Positions 11,791-23,647 of a stretch of DNA of 64,000 nt are shown here, one piece after another. This DNA is from Eledone cirrhosa. Lineage: Eukaryota. The notes beneath the pieces are model-generated. The model worked only from the letters and a program-made list of their open reading frames with translations. It did not search any database and was not told the DNA's origin. How positions within the stretch are numbered: the stretch's first letter is position 1; every line of letters begins with the position of its first letter. Both the position numbers and the translations under genes were made by a program. The stretch lies in assembly GCA_964016885.1 (NCBI GenBank), contig OZ024741.1, positions 395,932,001 to 395,996,000 on the forward strand, read 5' to 3'.

Positions 11791-12502
11791 TAGTGTTCCT
11801 TCCAATCTCTCCATCTTCTCTGGTTCTGTCTACTGTACCATTCCATTACCATGTCATCTTTTGTCTGGCTAGAATCTATGCAGACATCTGTTCCGTAGCT
11901 CCAGCCACAAACCTAGCTTGTTGTCCCATAGAAATTTCTAATTTTTCTCTTTGATATGTCCCTAACTCCTCTTCCTTATTCTCATAGGTTTCAAGAAGGA
12001 TTTCTCTAAATTTCTTCCTAACATTGTTTTCTCAACTTCCAAGTCTTCCTTCTCCTGACTAGCTTTTACCTCTTGGTCCACCTGGCCCTTACTCTAAGGT
12101 CAACTAATCTATGTTGGGAGGTACATATCTCCCCAGGACTTGGTATTTACCACTATTTGTTTGATTCATTTCCTGGTGAGGCTGACATCTATTTAGCCTG
12201 ATTTGCTGTATGAGAGTAAAGAATTCTAATTTTTAATGTGATGTAAATGTAGTGTTGCTGTTCTATACTAAAGTTTATCTTACTAATGTGGTTTCATGTG
12301 GCTCAGAATGTTATTAGTATTGTTACATGCTTTATTGTGTGTCATACTTATATTTGTGAAGGTCTGTGGCTGAGTGGTTAGAAAATTGGGTTTGTAATCG
12401 TGAGGTAGTGGGTTCAATTCCCGGACCGAGCGATGTGTTTTGTCATTGAGTAAGACACTTTATTTCATGTTGCTCCTCATACCTGGATTTGCAACTGGTA
12501 GA

Positions 12503-14321
12503 CTTTATATATGTATGAGATGAAAGAATGGTATTTAACTAATGTAATGGTACGCGATGGGGCCCACCCACAGCCCCGGCGGACAAGGGGCCGTGATACT
12601 CCGGGCGATATGGTCAATACCAAGGGCGAACAGGAGGGGTCCCAAAGGGTCGCCCTGTTGGACCCCAGTAGCCGAGGGTATTACCGTATCAGCAGCTAGG
12701 AGCATGCTCAGGCCTCCATATGACGGGTAGGCAGAGGGGGCTCGGCTGAGGCAGGCCTCGAGCAGATGATCCCAGCGTAAAGAGTTAAAGGCATTCCTCA
12801 TGTTAAGCTTGACAATGAGGTGCCTGGAGTCCCTGGATGCCGGTACCGATGGGCAGCTGCTGAAGAACTGCCTGATTGCATGAGAGGCTCTCTCACAACC
12901 ACCGGACTAAACTCCTCGCCCAGTTCGTGTGTGACGGACTTGCAGATCACCTTGGCAGCCAGCCTCCGGAAGACATTGCCCACAGCAATAGGGCGTATGC
13001 CACCCTCTTCCTGAGAGCGATGAGGCTGGCCGAAAAAAAGAGGCCTCGGGCATAAGGGTCGAGGGCACCATGAATGAGCCTATTGGTGAGCGCCACAATT
13101 GCACTCAGAAGGCGGCGTCCGGCCTCAGCGGAGAGGGGGGATGTCAACTCCTTGAGGTGGCCTGGTTGGAGACCATCAACACCTCCGCAGCTGCTAGCTG
13201 GGAAGGACCTGATGGCGGACATGATATCTGCATCAGTAGCCACAAGGAGCAGGTGGGGGTATGGGTCTGAGATCAGTGGGTGGCTCAGGGTGTTTGAGCC
13301 GCAGAGCAGCCAGGATCTCCTCGGTGGGTTGGAGGACAGTGTCCTCTGAGGCAACAACTCTGACTGCGGCCGAGACATCACCCATGATAAGCTTTGCGTT
13401 TACCTGGTCACGCAAATGCTTGGCGCTGGCCTCGGGGGTTGAGGATAGGGGGTACCTGAGAGTGGGGCGTGTGGCGTCCCTGGGCACGCTTGGAATGGGT
13501 GCTCGCCCAAATGACGAGACATTGGCTTTGACGAAGGCTGCTGTTGACCGGCCGCCCCGGCCAGAGCTGGGGAGGGCGAGTGGGGCGAAATAGAACAGCC
13601 GCTCCCAGTCACTGGCTCGATTGAAGTCCAGGGCGCTCTCAATCGAGGAAGCGAGGGCATCGGCTACCGGCACCCGTGCCGCTCTCGGGATCCTGAGTGG
13701 GATCTTCCGGAGCTGCTCGAACCGAGCGATGTTGACCAGCGAGGCTCGGGCGTCAAGCAAGCTCGCTGTCCCATTTGGTGGTGTGCCTGGGAAGACGTGA
13801 GGAAGAGGCAGCTCTTGCACCTCCACGCTGCGAGGGCATTGGAAGCTCGACGAGTCAAGCCAACGCAGGTGAGGTGGTGGAAGCAGCCGCACCCCAAACA
13901 GTTCCGGCCCCTCTTCCGTTTGTTAGTAGTGCCGCAAGTGCTGTAGGTGTCGATTTGGAGGGGTGGGGCCGGGGACTGGGGCACCGAGCAGCATCAGGGG
14001 TGGGTGGATGGTGTGTGCGGTTGGAAGGGAAAGTGCTGGTAAGAGGGCAGCATAGCTCACCTATATATATGGAGGTGCCAGAAAACGAGAGCGGAAAGGG
14101 GCTGCATGGAGGGGGAGACACAGGAAGGTAGAATGGCAGTAAATGAATGAGTGAATGGATGGATGTACACAAAAAAAAGGAGGGGGGGACAAGGGGTTGT
14201 TCCCAGCGGAAAGACCCAGAATTCAGCACGCACACATGCGAGCAACTGAGCAGTTTGTCAAAGACGATATTCTCAATGGACGCACTTACAATATTTGAAT
14301 ATAACTGACCGCCGTGTCATT
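12503..14321 (-). mobile_element. decayed CRE-clade-like non-LTR retrotransposon (PHD finger plus N-terminal part of RT)
   Basis: GC-rich island with frameshifted motifs SCGGVDGLQPGHLKEL, RPIAVGNVFRRLAAK, DMRNAFNSL and GVQQGDPLGPLLFAL. Splits a SINE (12357-12502 / 14322-14430). Confidence 0.8.
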
Positions 14322-15010
14322 TAGTACTAGCAATTGGAAAGACCAATGGAAACATTGTTTCCTCAGTCCGATTTGATAAGCTCAACCCTACTCGTTAAGC
14401 AAATGAGGTCTGGGATCTTGTTGATTGATTGTTATATATATAATGAAGGAAGTGTGGTAAGGAACCAGGTGGAGCATAACGCACCAAAGTACTTGATACT
14501 ATGGGTAATAGGAAAAGAATCAAGACCCAGTTCAGAACTAGCTTTCGAAACGGCTGGAGCTCAGCCGCCGGGGTCCTGATTCTTTTGTTATATATTCTTA
14601 GTTAGATTTTGATAGGATTGGCCTTAAAATTACACAAAATTATGATGAAATGGTTTAAATATAAACCTTTCAAAACATAGTTTTGTATTTTAAAACCAGG
14701 GGTAGTTTTAATCAGAGCCGTTAAATATACATATATGGAGTCAACAATCTGGTTTTCATTACCAGTTGTATATATTACACAACTGATACTATTGGGAAAG
14801 GCATTCACACATTCTCTTATAGTTATTTCTCACAAAAATCCAAATAATTATGTTGACTATGTATTATACAAGTATGTGACAGAAATATCCAATTGTTAAG
14901 CCTTATGTCACCATATTTCTAATGAAATACACTCTATTTCAATTAATTAATTATCTTTTTTAGGGATTTACTAAATTCTTATTTATTTCATTACTAAGAC
15001 GGTAACTTAA

Positions 15011-16824
15011 CCCTTTAGCATTTAAACCGGCCATATCTGGCCAGAAGTCTCTCACCCCTTTCTGTTTAAACCGGCTGTAACCGGCCGCTCATGCTGATAT
15101 TAAGGTATTGTTCTCAAATTAAATAATATCAAAATCTCATAGATTCGATATTATGTGAGGTAAAGCCTTAACCATGAAAATATAGCAGTATATAATAATA
15201 ATAATGAAATTATTGTGTACAGTGCTCAGGTGCACTACAACTCATCAAAGGTACATGTATAGTACATAGAATAATATACAAATGTCAGAGAAGTGAATAG
15301 TGTAAGAGTCATGATATACATGTGTACGTATGTATGGAGGGGGAATATTAGGTGTAGTGTTGGCAAATCTCACGAAGCATGGAGGTTTTAAAGGATGCAG
15401 TGTCTCGACAGCTAATAACTGATGCAGGTAGTTTGTTCCATGGAGGTTTTAAAGGATGCAGTGTCTCGACAGCTAACAACTGATGCAGGTAGTTTGTTCC
15501 ATGGAGGTTTTAAAGGATGCAGTGTCTCGACAGTTAACAACTGATGCAGGTAGTTTGTTCCATGGAGGTTTTAAAGGATGCAGTGTCTCGACAGCTAACA
15601 ACTGATGCAGGTAGTTTGTTCCATGGAGGTTTTAAAGGATGCAGTGCCTCGACAGCTAATAACTGATGCAGGTAGTTTGTTCCATGGAGGTTTTAAAGGA
15701 TGCAGTGTCTCGACAGCTAACAACTGATGCAGGTAGTTTGTTCCATGGAGGTTTTAAAGGATGCAGTGTCTCGACAGCTAACAACTGATGCAGGTAGTTT
15801 GTTCCATGGAGGTTTTAAAGGATGCAGTGTCTCGACAGCTAATAACTGATGCAGGTAGTTTGTTCCATGGAAGTTTGTAAAGGATACAGTGTCTTGACAG
15901 CTAATAACTGATGCGGGTAGTTTGTTCCATGGAGGTTTTAAAGGATGCAGTGTCTCGACAGCTAATAACTGATGCAGGTAGTTTGTTCCATGGAGGTTTT
16001 AAAGGATGCATTGTCTTGACAGCTAATAACTGATGCAGGTAGTTTGTTCCATGGAGGTTTTAAAGGATGCAGTGTCTTGACAGCTAATAACTGATGCAGG
16101 TAGTTTGTTCCATGGAGGTTTTAAAGGATGCAGTGTCTTGACAGCTAATAACTGATGCAGGTAGTTTGTTCCATGGAGGTTTTAAAGGATGCAGTGTCTC
16201 GACAGCTAATAACTGATGCAGGTAGTTTGTTCCATGGAGGTTTGTAAAGGATACAGTGTCTTGACAGCTAATAACTGATGCGGGTAGTTTGTTCCATGGA
16301 GGTTTTAAAGGATGCAGTGTCTCGACAGCTAACAACTGATGCAGGTAGTTTGTTCCATGGAGGTTTTAAAGGATGCAGTGTCTTGACAGCTAACAACTGA
16401 TGCAGGTAGTTTGTTCCATGGAGGTTTTAAAGGATGCAGTGTCTCGACAGCTAATAACTGATGCAGGTAGTTTGTTCCATGGAGGTTTTAAAGGATGCAG
16501 TGTCTCGACAGATAATAACTGATGCAGGTAGTTTGTTCCATGGAGGTTTTAAAGGATGCAGTGTCTCGACAGCTAATAACTGATGCTGGTAGTTTGTTCC
16601 ATGGAGGGTTGTAAAGGATGCAGTGTCTTGACAGCTAATAACTGATGCGGGTAGTTTGTTCCATGGAGGTTTTAAAGAATGCAGTGTCTTGACAGCTAAT
16701 AACTGATGCAGGTAGTTTGTTCCATGGAGGTTTTAAAGGATGCAGTGTCTCAGCAGCTAACAACTGATGCGGGTAGTTTGTTCCATGCTTCAGAGTAATA
16801 TAAAGTAATATAAATGCTAAAGGG
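15011..16824. mobile_element. piggyBac-like MITE family A interrupted by a CR1 fragment
   Basis: TTAA|CCCTTTAGCATTTA ... TAAATGCTAAAGGG|TTAA. Confidence 0.85.
15192..16792 (-). mobile_element. CR1-like LINE 3' fragment with 23 tandem 61/62-bp units (15378-16787)
   Basis: Same 3' UTR and (ATT)n tail as the other copies; 1406 bp between terminal CATG motifs = 23x61+3. Confidence 0.88.
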
Positions 16825-17198
16825 TTAACACAGTGTTCTTATATAAAATTAGGCTGTAAGATTTTAATTTAAATAGTAAGTAACCCTTTAAAACGGGTGG
16901 TTTTCATTTCATAAAACCAGAACCAGTTTTGGTCAGGTTGGTAGCAAATGAGTTAATGTGTTCTTTCCACGGTGCTATGAGGTATTTCAATACGCACACT
17001 ACTAATGAAATTGCTGTAGATTCTATAAACTCTGATCAAGAACACCCATGCTAAAGAAATTTCAAAATATATTCCTGTAATTCACCCTTTTATCACCATG
17101 TTTCTAATGACATTACACTCTATTTCATTTAGTTAATGAAGAATTTTGAAGGATTTAGTATAATTATCAATAATTTCATCACTAAGACAGTAACTTAA

Positions 17199-17413
17199 CC
17201 CTTTAGCATTTAAACTGGCCATATCCAGCCTGAATTCTCTCACCTCTTACTGTTCAAACCAGCCATCACTGGCCACTCATACTGATGTTAAGGTATCATT
17301 CTCAAAATAAATAATATCAAAATATCATCGATATTATGTGAAATAATTATGTAAGATAAAACCTTTATGTGAAAATATAATAGTAAATATAGAGTAATGT
17401 AAATGGTAAAGGG
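17199..17413. mobile_element. piggyBac-like MITE family A
   Basis: TTAA on both sides; CCCTTTAGCATTTA TIR. Confidence 0.85.
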
Positions 17414-17452
17414 TTAAGGTATGGTTCTTGTATTTGAAAGATTTTAATTTAA

Positions 17453-17669
17453 CCCTTTAGCATTTACATCACTTTATATTTACTATCGTATTTTCGGGGT
17501 AAAGGCTTTACCTTAATTATCTCACATAATACTGAATCTATGAGATTTTTATATTATTTATTTTGAGAACAATATCTTAACATCAGTATGAGTGACTGGT
17601 TACAGCTAGTTTGAACAGAAAGAGGTGAGAGAATTCTGGCCAGATATGGCCAGTTTAAATGCTAAAGGG
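17453..17669. mobile_element. piggyBac-like MITE family A (opposite orientation)
   Basis: TTAA duplication and perfect 14-bp TIRs; the empty site is visible in the adjacent duplicate near 17968. Confidence 0.88.
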
Positions 17670-18101
17670 TTAAATCGGAAACATTTTAAATGGGTGATTT
17701 TATAGAATCAGAGCCAGTTTTGGCCGGGTTGGTAACTAAAGGGTTAGGATAATTTGGGCTGGTTTGGTACCAAAAGGCTTTAATAATTCTCACCTTTCTA
17801 TTCAAACCAGCCATAACTGGCCACTCATACTGATGTTAAGAGGTATTGTTCTCAAAATAAATAATATCAAAATATCATCGATATTATGTGAAAATATAAT
17901 AGTAAATATAGAGTAATGTAAATGGTAAAGGGTTAAGGTATGGTTCTTATGTTTGAAAGATTTTAATTTAAATTGAAAACATTTTAAATGGGTGATTTTA
18001 TAGAATCGGAGCCAGTTTGGGCCGAGTTGGTAACTAAAGGGTTAGGATAGTTTTGGCTGGTTTAATAATTGTTTATTTTTTCTTTTCATTTTTTCTTCTA
18101 G

Positions 18102-19270
18102 GACATGGAGAACAGTGATGATGAAGAAGAAAATAACAGGAATTCTTTAAAGAATTCTAGAGCCGCTGATTCCGATGAATATGTCAGTGATGGAGGAGAA
18201 TTTGTACGTGAAGATGTCCAGCGAGAATTGGAAGATGAAGAAATAGAAAGAGAAGAAGTTGAAAGAAATTCTGAAGAAAATATGTCAGATGATAATGACG
18301 AAGATAACAACAACAACAATAATAATAATAATGACGACGATGATGATGATGAAAATGACGATGGTGCTCCTAATCGTGCTGGATCTGTCTCCAGTGGAAA
18401 TCGTAGCCGCTCAGTTTCTCCCGTTCAAAGCAGATCAGATCGAAGCCGTTCAGCTTCACCCCAGAGTCCGATCCATTCTCCAATGTCTGTAGCAAAAAGT
18501 AACTCAAACCAAAGCCGATCTCCTTCTCCAGCACTCAGGTCTCCAGCAGGGAGCCCGTCGCGGTCCAGAAGTCAATCGGGTTCCCCTGTATCACACCGGA
18601 GTCGCTCAGGCTCAGCTGCCTCTCATGCAAGTAACTCATGCTCTCCATCTCGACAAAGTAGATCCGGATCAGCACACAGAAGTCGTTCTGGATCGGTTGC
18701 ATCCCAGCGGAGCCGTTCAGGCTCCCATAGAAGTGCCTCTGGCTCCCCTGCCTCACATCACAGCGGGTCGCGGTCGTGGCGTTCAGGTTCTGCCGAGTCA
18801 CAGAGAAGTTTGTCTGGGTCTCGACACAGTGCCTCCGGGTCTCGACACAGTGCCTCCGGGTCACCAGCATCGCGCCGAAGTCGGTCGGGATCGTCCGGTT
18901 CCAACCAAAGTCGTTCTAGGTCACAAAAGAGTCGTTCTGGCTCTCCAGCATCACAACAGAGTGATGGTCCCACCTCTCCTCAAAGGAATGGTTCTAAGTC
19001 ATCGCCGTCACATAGAAGTCGATCAAGTTCAAGAGATTCAGTTAAGTCTCAGCAGAGTGTTTCCAATGTTCAGAACAATCAGCCAGATTCCCCTGTTGCT
19101 CCAGTAGCCAGCCCTCTGCCTCCCTCAACTGTTAAGAATAAAAAAGAAAATCTTTTTACGGACAGTGAAAATTCTGATTCAGAATCTGAACAAATAAAAC
19201 GCAGGATACAAGGCCAAATTCAAAGTGATAGTGAAGATGAAGATGAAAAACTAAGAAGCAATATAAACAG
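18102..19270 (+). CDS. IWS1: IWS1 homolog, exon 3 (acidic and SRSGS-rich low-complexity region)
   Basis: ttcttctag acceptor, 1169-nt open frame (track ORF 18105..19388), AG|gtatgt donor. Phases 0/2 fit the neighbouring exons. Confidence 0.9.
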
Positions 19271-19297
19271 GTATGTTTGTTACTGTCATTATTATTA

Positions 19298-19512
19298 TTT
19301 GGCTGTATCGGTAGAGGGTCGGACGCCATGCTTTGACGCAAAGAGTCATGGCCCTTTATGGTCTGAGTTCAAATCCCGCCAAGATTAACTTTGCCTTTCA
19401 TCCTTACGGGGTCGATAAAATAAAGTACCAGTAATGTACTGGAGTCGATTTAATCGACTTTCCCCTCCCCCAAAATTGCTGGCCTTGTGCCTATATAAGA
19501 AAGCATTATTAT
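19298..19512 (+). mobile_element. SINE family 2 (gcctttcatccttacggggtcgataaaataaagtacc core); further copies near 6525, 19940, 39670, 60600, 61320, 61890 (+) and 8820, 36430 (-)
   Basis: B box gagttcaaatcc, conserved core and (ATT)n tail. The core resembles the Deu/Nin-type SINE domain, from memory. Confidence 0.8.
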
Positions 19513-20615
19513 TGTTATCTTCTTCGCCCACTTATTCCTGGGAGGGTCCTGGGGAGTCCTCAAACACTCCTTCCAGCAGGTCCTGTCAGAAGCAACTATC
19601 TCCGGCAGGTCCAGCTGGATTCCCAAGTGAGACCAGCCAAGCTCATGGATGTTTTCCAACTATCTTGCTTGGGGTCTACCCTTGGGTCACTTGCCAGTTA
19701 GTTTTGCCTGTAAAATCTGCCCAGCAATTCTTTCCTGGGGCATTCTAACCACATACCCATGTAATCTCTCAATTCAGAGAAGTAGCAGCTCTACCTGAAG
19801 TGACTCTCTCATCTCTGAGCTATGCACTCTATCAAACAACGTTACTCCAAAGACCCTTCGGAGAAACCTCATTTCGGCCACTTGTATTCTTTCAGTCATT
19901 ACCCAAGATTATTATCATTATTATTGTTATTGACAGACAAATGCTTAGTATTTGTTCTGAGTTCAAATCCTGCTGAGGTTAGCTTTGTATTCATCCTTAC
20001 AGGGTTGATAAAATAAAGTACCAGTAATGTACTGGGGTCGATTTAATCGACTTTCCCCTCTCCGAAATTGATGGCCTTGTGCCTATATAAGAAACCATTA
20101 TTATTATTATTATTTTTATTGCAATGTTGTTACTGCATTACTGAGCACAGCTCTGTGTATCTGGAGTATGTGCAGTGTTGTTATTTCTGTTGTGTTGAGA
20201 GTACTCTTCATATGTGTGCAATGTCTTGCAGTGCTATTTTCTCTATGCTGTATATATTTGTAAGTCGTGGGGATTTTAGATATGTATCTGGACATGATCC
20301 TTGCTGTCAGATTGTGGATTTGATCCTTGTTGTCAGATTGTTAATTTGATCCTTGCTACCAGAATTTAGACTTGATTCTTGCTGCCAGAGTGTGGACTAA
20401 TTTCATATTTGGATGTGGCTGGCCAGTAAGAGATGGCAGTTTTAGAGTAGTTGACAAAGTGAATGATGGCTTAATAAAGTGGCCATGTTGTGCCTTTTGT
20501 TTCTCTGTTTGATGCTCTTCAATAAAGGTTCAGTCAAAAGCAATAGTGTTTCTACATACTGATATTTGAACTTTGTTTCTATGTGTATATATTTAGTTGA
20601 TCTTCTTAATTGTAG

Positions 20616-20755
20616 AGCTTTAACAACTGGTCTGGACTCTGATGAAGATGAGGAGGAAGAGGATGCCAAAGTGTCTCCAAGCAAAACTGCTGAAACAGGT
20701 ACACGAAAGCCAACTAAAAGAATTCTTTCCGATTCTGAAGATGAACCATCCAAAG
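20616..20755 (+). CDS. IWS1: IWS1 homolog, exon 4 (ALTTGLDSDEDEEE...ILSDSEDEPSK)
   Basis: tgtag acceptor, G|gtaaa donor, phases 2/1, SDSE-type acidic motifs. Confidence 0.85.
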
Positions 20756-20788
20756 GTAAAGCAACGTTGACATGAAACTGATGTTATA

Positions 20789-21392
20789 TATCATCATCAT
20801 CATCATCATCATTTTACGTCCACTTTTCCCTGCTTGCAAGGTTGGGACGGGTCCTATTCAACACAGAATCTCTACACTTGTCACGGTCCTTCGTCATCTG
20901 CTCCGTGTGCTTCAGCGATCTGAAGTCCGCTTTCACCACCTCCGCCCATGTTTTTCCTGGTCTTCCTTCTACTGGGATTTCTTGGCACTTCTTTACCCAG
21001 TGGTCACGCTCCATGCACATCACATGTCCATACCATCTCAGCCTTCTCTCCCGCACACCACAACTTTTCCCTCTTATACCCAGTTTCTCTCTCAACTCAT
21101 CTATGCTTGGTCGTTCAGACACATTGACATTGCACATCTAACGGATGCTTGCTTCATTTCTCTCCAGCCATTGCATATCCTCTGCAGTTGCTGCCCAAGT
21201 CTCACTACCATGCAGCATCGAGCATCTCACACGGGGAGCATATAACCGGCCTTTCGTACGCAGGGAGAAACCCTTCTTTGTCAACAGAAGAAGCAGCTCC
21301 CTAAACTTCTTCCAACCCATCCTTATTCTAGATACTATAACCTCAGAACACTCCTCTCCCTTACTAATCTGATCACCTAGGTACCGGAAGCT
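20789..21392 (-). mobile_element. RTE LINE 3' fragment (family 1)
   Basis: GWKKFRELL..., SMLHGSETWA, RRLRWYGHVM and GRPGKTW; (GAT)n tail. Confidence 0.9.
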
Positions 21393-21991
21393 GTGAGAGA
21401 GATATGATAGATATATATATATGAGAGAGTGAGGAAGGCAGGCAAAGCAACAGATTCCTGGTTTGTCTAGGAGATCAGTAGCCCCACTTCAGTACTGACT
21501 TGGTCTATGTAGACCCGTCCAACCCTTGCTATCAGGGAACACGGACATTAAAACGATGTAATGATGATATATATGCATTTAGAGTTATATCTGTATACAT
21601 ACAAAGTGGGCAATCAACACTGCACATATGTGTATAAATATATACACATATTTAATATGTAGGCATGTAAACATGCCAGAAAATATGAATTTCCCTGTAA
21701 ATTGAAAAATAATGGTAAACACCTTTAATTAATGTTCAAACCTAATTAAGCCCTCATCAGAAGGTGTGTATATCATCGAAACACTCACAAGGAGACATGT
21801 ATATTTATATATACATAGGTGCAGTCATGGTTACCCACTATGTATGTATACAGATATAACTTTATTGTACACTTTGGCTGCCAGCACACTTCTTAATATA
21901 TTATATTTTATATGTATTGATTAAACCTAAATTTAGTGTATATATATATACACTAAATGTGTGTGTGTGTGTGTATGTATACACACACAAA

Positions 21992-22267
21992 CAGAGTGGA
22001 ACCTTGGTTCACGAACAGTTTTTCCGAACATAAGATAAAGGGTCTCGGTTCACAAATGGTGCCTCAAGTAACAAACATGCAAGCTGGGAGTATCGGCAGG
22101 AAAGTACCACTTGCTGTGTAGTTAGTTACTGTGGTGATATCAGTCTTTCGCTCAATGTATTTCTCTCACTATATTTCTTACGCGGAAATATAGTTTCAGT
22201 TTACAAACATTTCAGGTGACAAACAGCCCTCAGGAAGGAATTAAGTTTATGAACCGATGTTCCACTG
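21992..22267. mobile_element. pogo/Tigger-like MITE
   Basis: TIRs agtggaaccttggttcacgaac / gtttatgaaccgatgttccactg in a (TA/CA)n context. Confidence 0.7.
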
Positions 22268-22910
22268 TGTATATATATAATGTGAATGCCATTTCTATAT
22301 TAAACTTGATATATATAATAACTTTAACCCTTTTGTGACCATATTTCTAAGAACATGGTCACAAATATTTGCCATGTTTTAGTTCTCAAAATAATGAAGA
22401 ATTATGAGAGGTTTAGTGAAATAACTTTCAACTTAATAAAAAAAAGCTCCCAGTCCACACAGTAAATGTGGTTGGTGTTAGGAAGGGCATCCAGCCGTAG
22501 AAAACCTGCCAGATAGTCCTATATGAGCAAGACATGGTTACCTGACCAATCTTGCCTCAAGTGGGACAATTCCCGTCTAACCCATGCTAGCGTGGAAGAT
22601 AGACGTTAAACGATGATGATGATTAGTAACAATTTTTAATTTCGTCACAGGGCCAGCAATTTTAAGAGGTATGGAAATTTGACCCTAGTACTGAACTGGT
22701 ACCTTATTTTATTGAGCCAGTGAAGATGATAGGCAAAATTGACCTTGTGTTTACACAAGCTATATACAACAACAAATCTTTTTAAATACTCTTGGGTCCT
22801 GAATAATCGTATGTATGTGTGTTCCCACTTATTAATTTTTCAGATTTTTTTCCAACCCCACCACACTTATAAAATTTTGCTAATCCATCTCTGGCGAAAT
22901 TTTATTTTAA

Positions 22911-23118
22911 CCCTTTAGCATTTACATTATTCTATATTTACTATTGTATTTTCATGGTAAAGTCTTTACCTCATATAATATCGAATCTATGGGATTTTGA
23001 TATTATTTATTTTGAGAACAATACCTTAATATCAGTATGAGTGGCCAGTTACAGCCGCTTTGAACAGAAAGAGGTGAGAGAATTCTGGCCAGTTATGGCC
23101 AGTTTAAATGCTAAAGGG
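22911..23118. mobile_element. piggyBac-like MITE family A, uninterrupted 208-bp reference copy (also about 60059-60266 and 8457-9009)
   Basis: TTAA|CCCTTTAGCATTTA...TAAATGCTAAAGGG|TTAA. Confidence 0.88.
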
Positions 23119-23453
23119 TTAAGTAGTAGCATTCCTGTGATAATTAATTTTTTTTATACATTAAAAAACATTGTACATGACAAAAAAATATGTACATTAC
23201 TAGAAATCCCATAAGTTATGAAATAAATAGGTTAGGTTGGGGTCTCAATATGTAAACCAAATGACTAGTTCTGTTTTTTTTTTTTTTTTTTTCTTTTAAA
23301 AAAATCAACAGAGACAGCCTAGAAAAATTACCGATTTCCCAACCACTCTGCTTATTCCACCCCCACTTCCCACTCCCCATTATTTTGGACCCCGAGAGTA
23401 CACATTGGGAATTTTTTTTTTTTAATTCAGTTTTTTTCTTTTTTCCATTGTAG

Positions 23454-23493
23454 CTAAAGGAAGTGACAATGAAGACGATGACAGTGATAAGGA
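23454..23493 (+). CDS. IWS1: IWS1 homolog, exon 5 (40 nt, AKGSDNEDDDSDK)
   Basis: Long polypyrimidine tract plus tgtag; GA|gtaagt donor. Phases 1/2 are required to join exons 4 and 6. Confidence 0.85.
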
Positions 23494-23647
23494 GTAAGTT
23501 TTCATCTAAATTATTTGTCTTTCATCCTCAATATATTCCTGATATCATACCAAGAAGTCAGCTAAGGTGTCTTAATTGAGAACACTACATATCAAAGTGT
23601 TTCGTGTGTCTGGGGATTCACATACACACATTCCTACGCTCACACAC

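Noticed and set aside
18535-19107. Overlapping and antisense ORFs on exon 3
   Set aside because: Shadow frames of the GC-richer SR-repeat exon, with no independent evidence.
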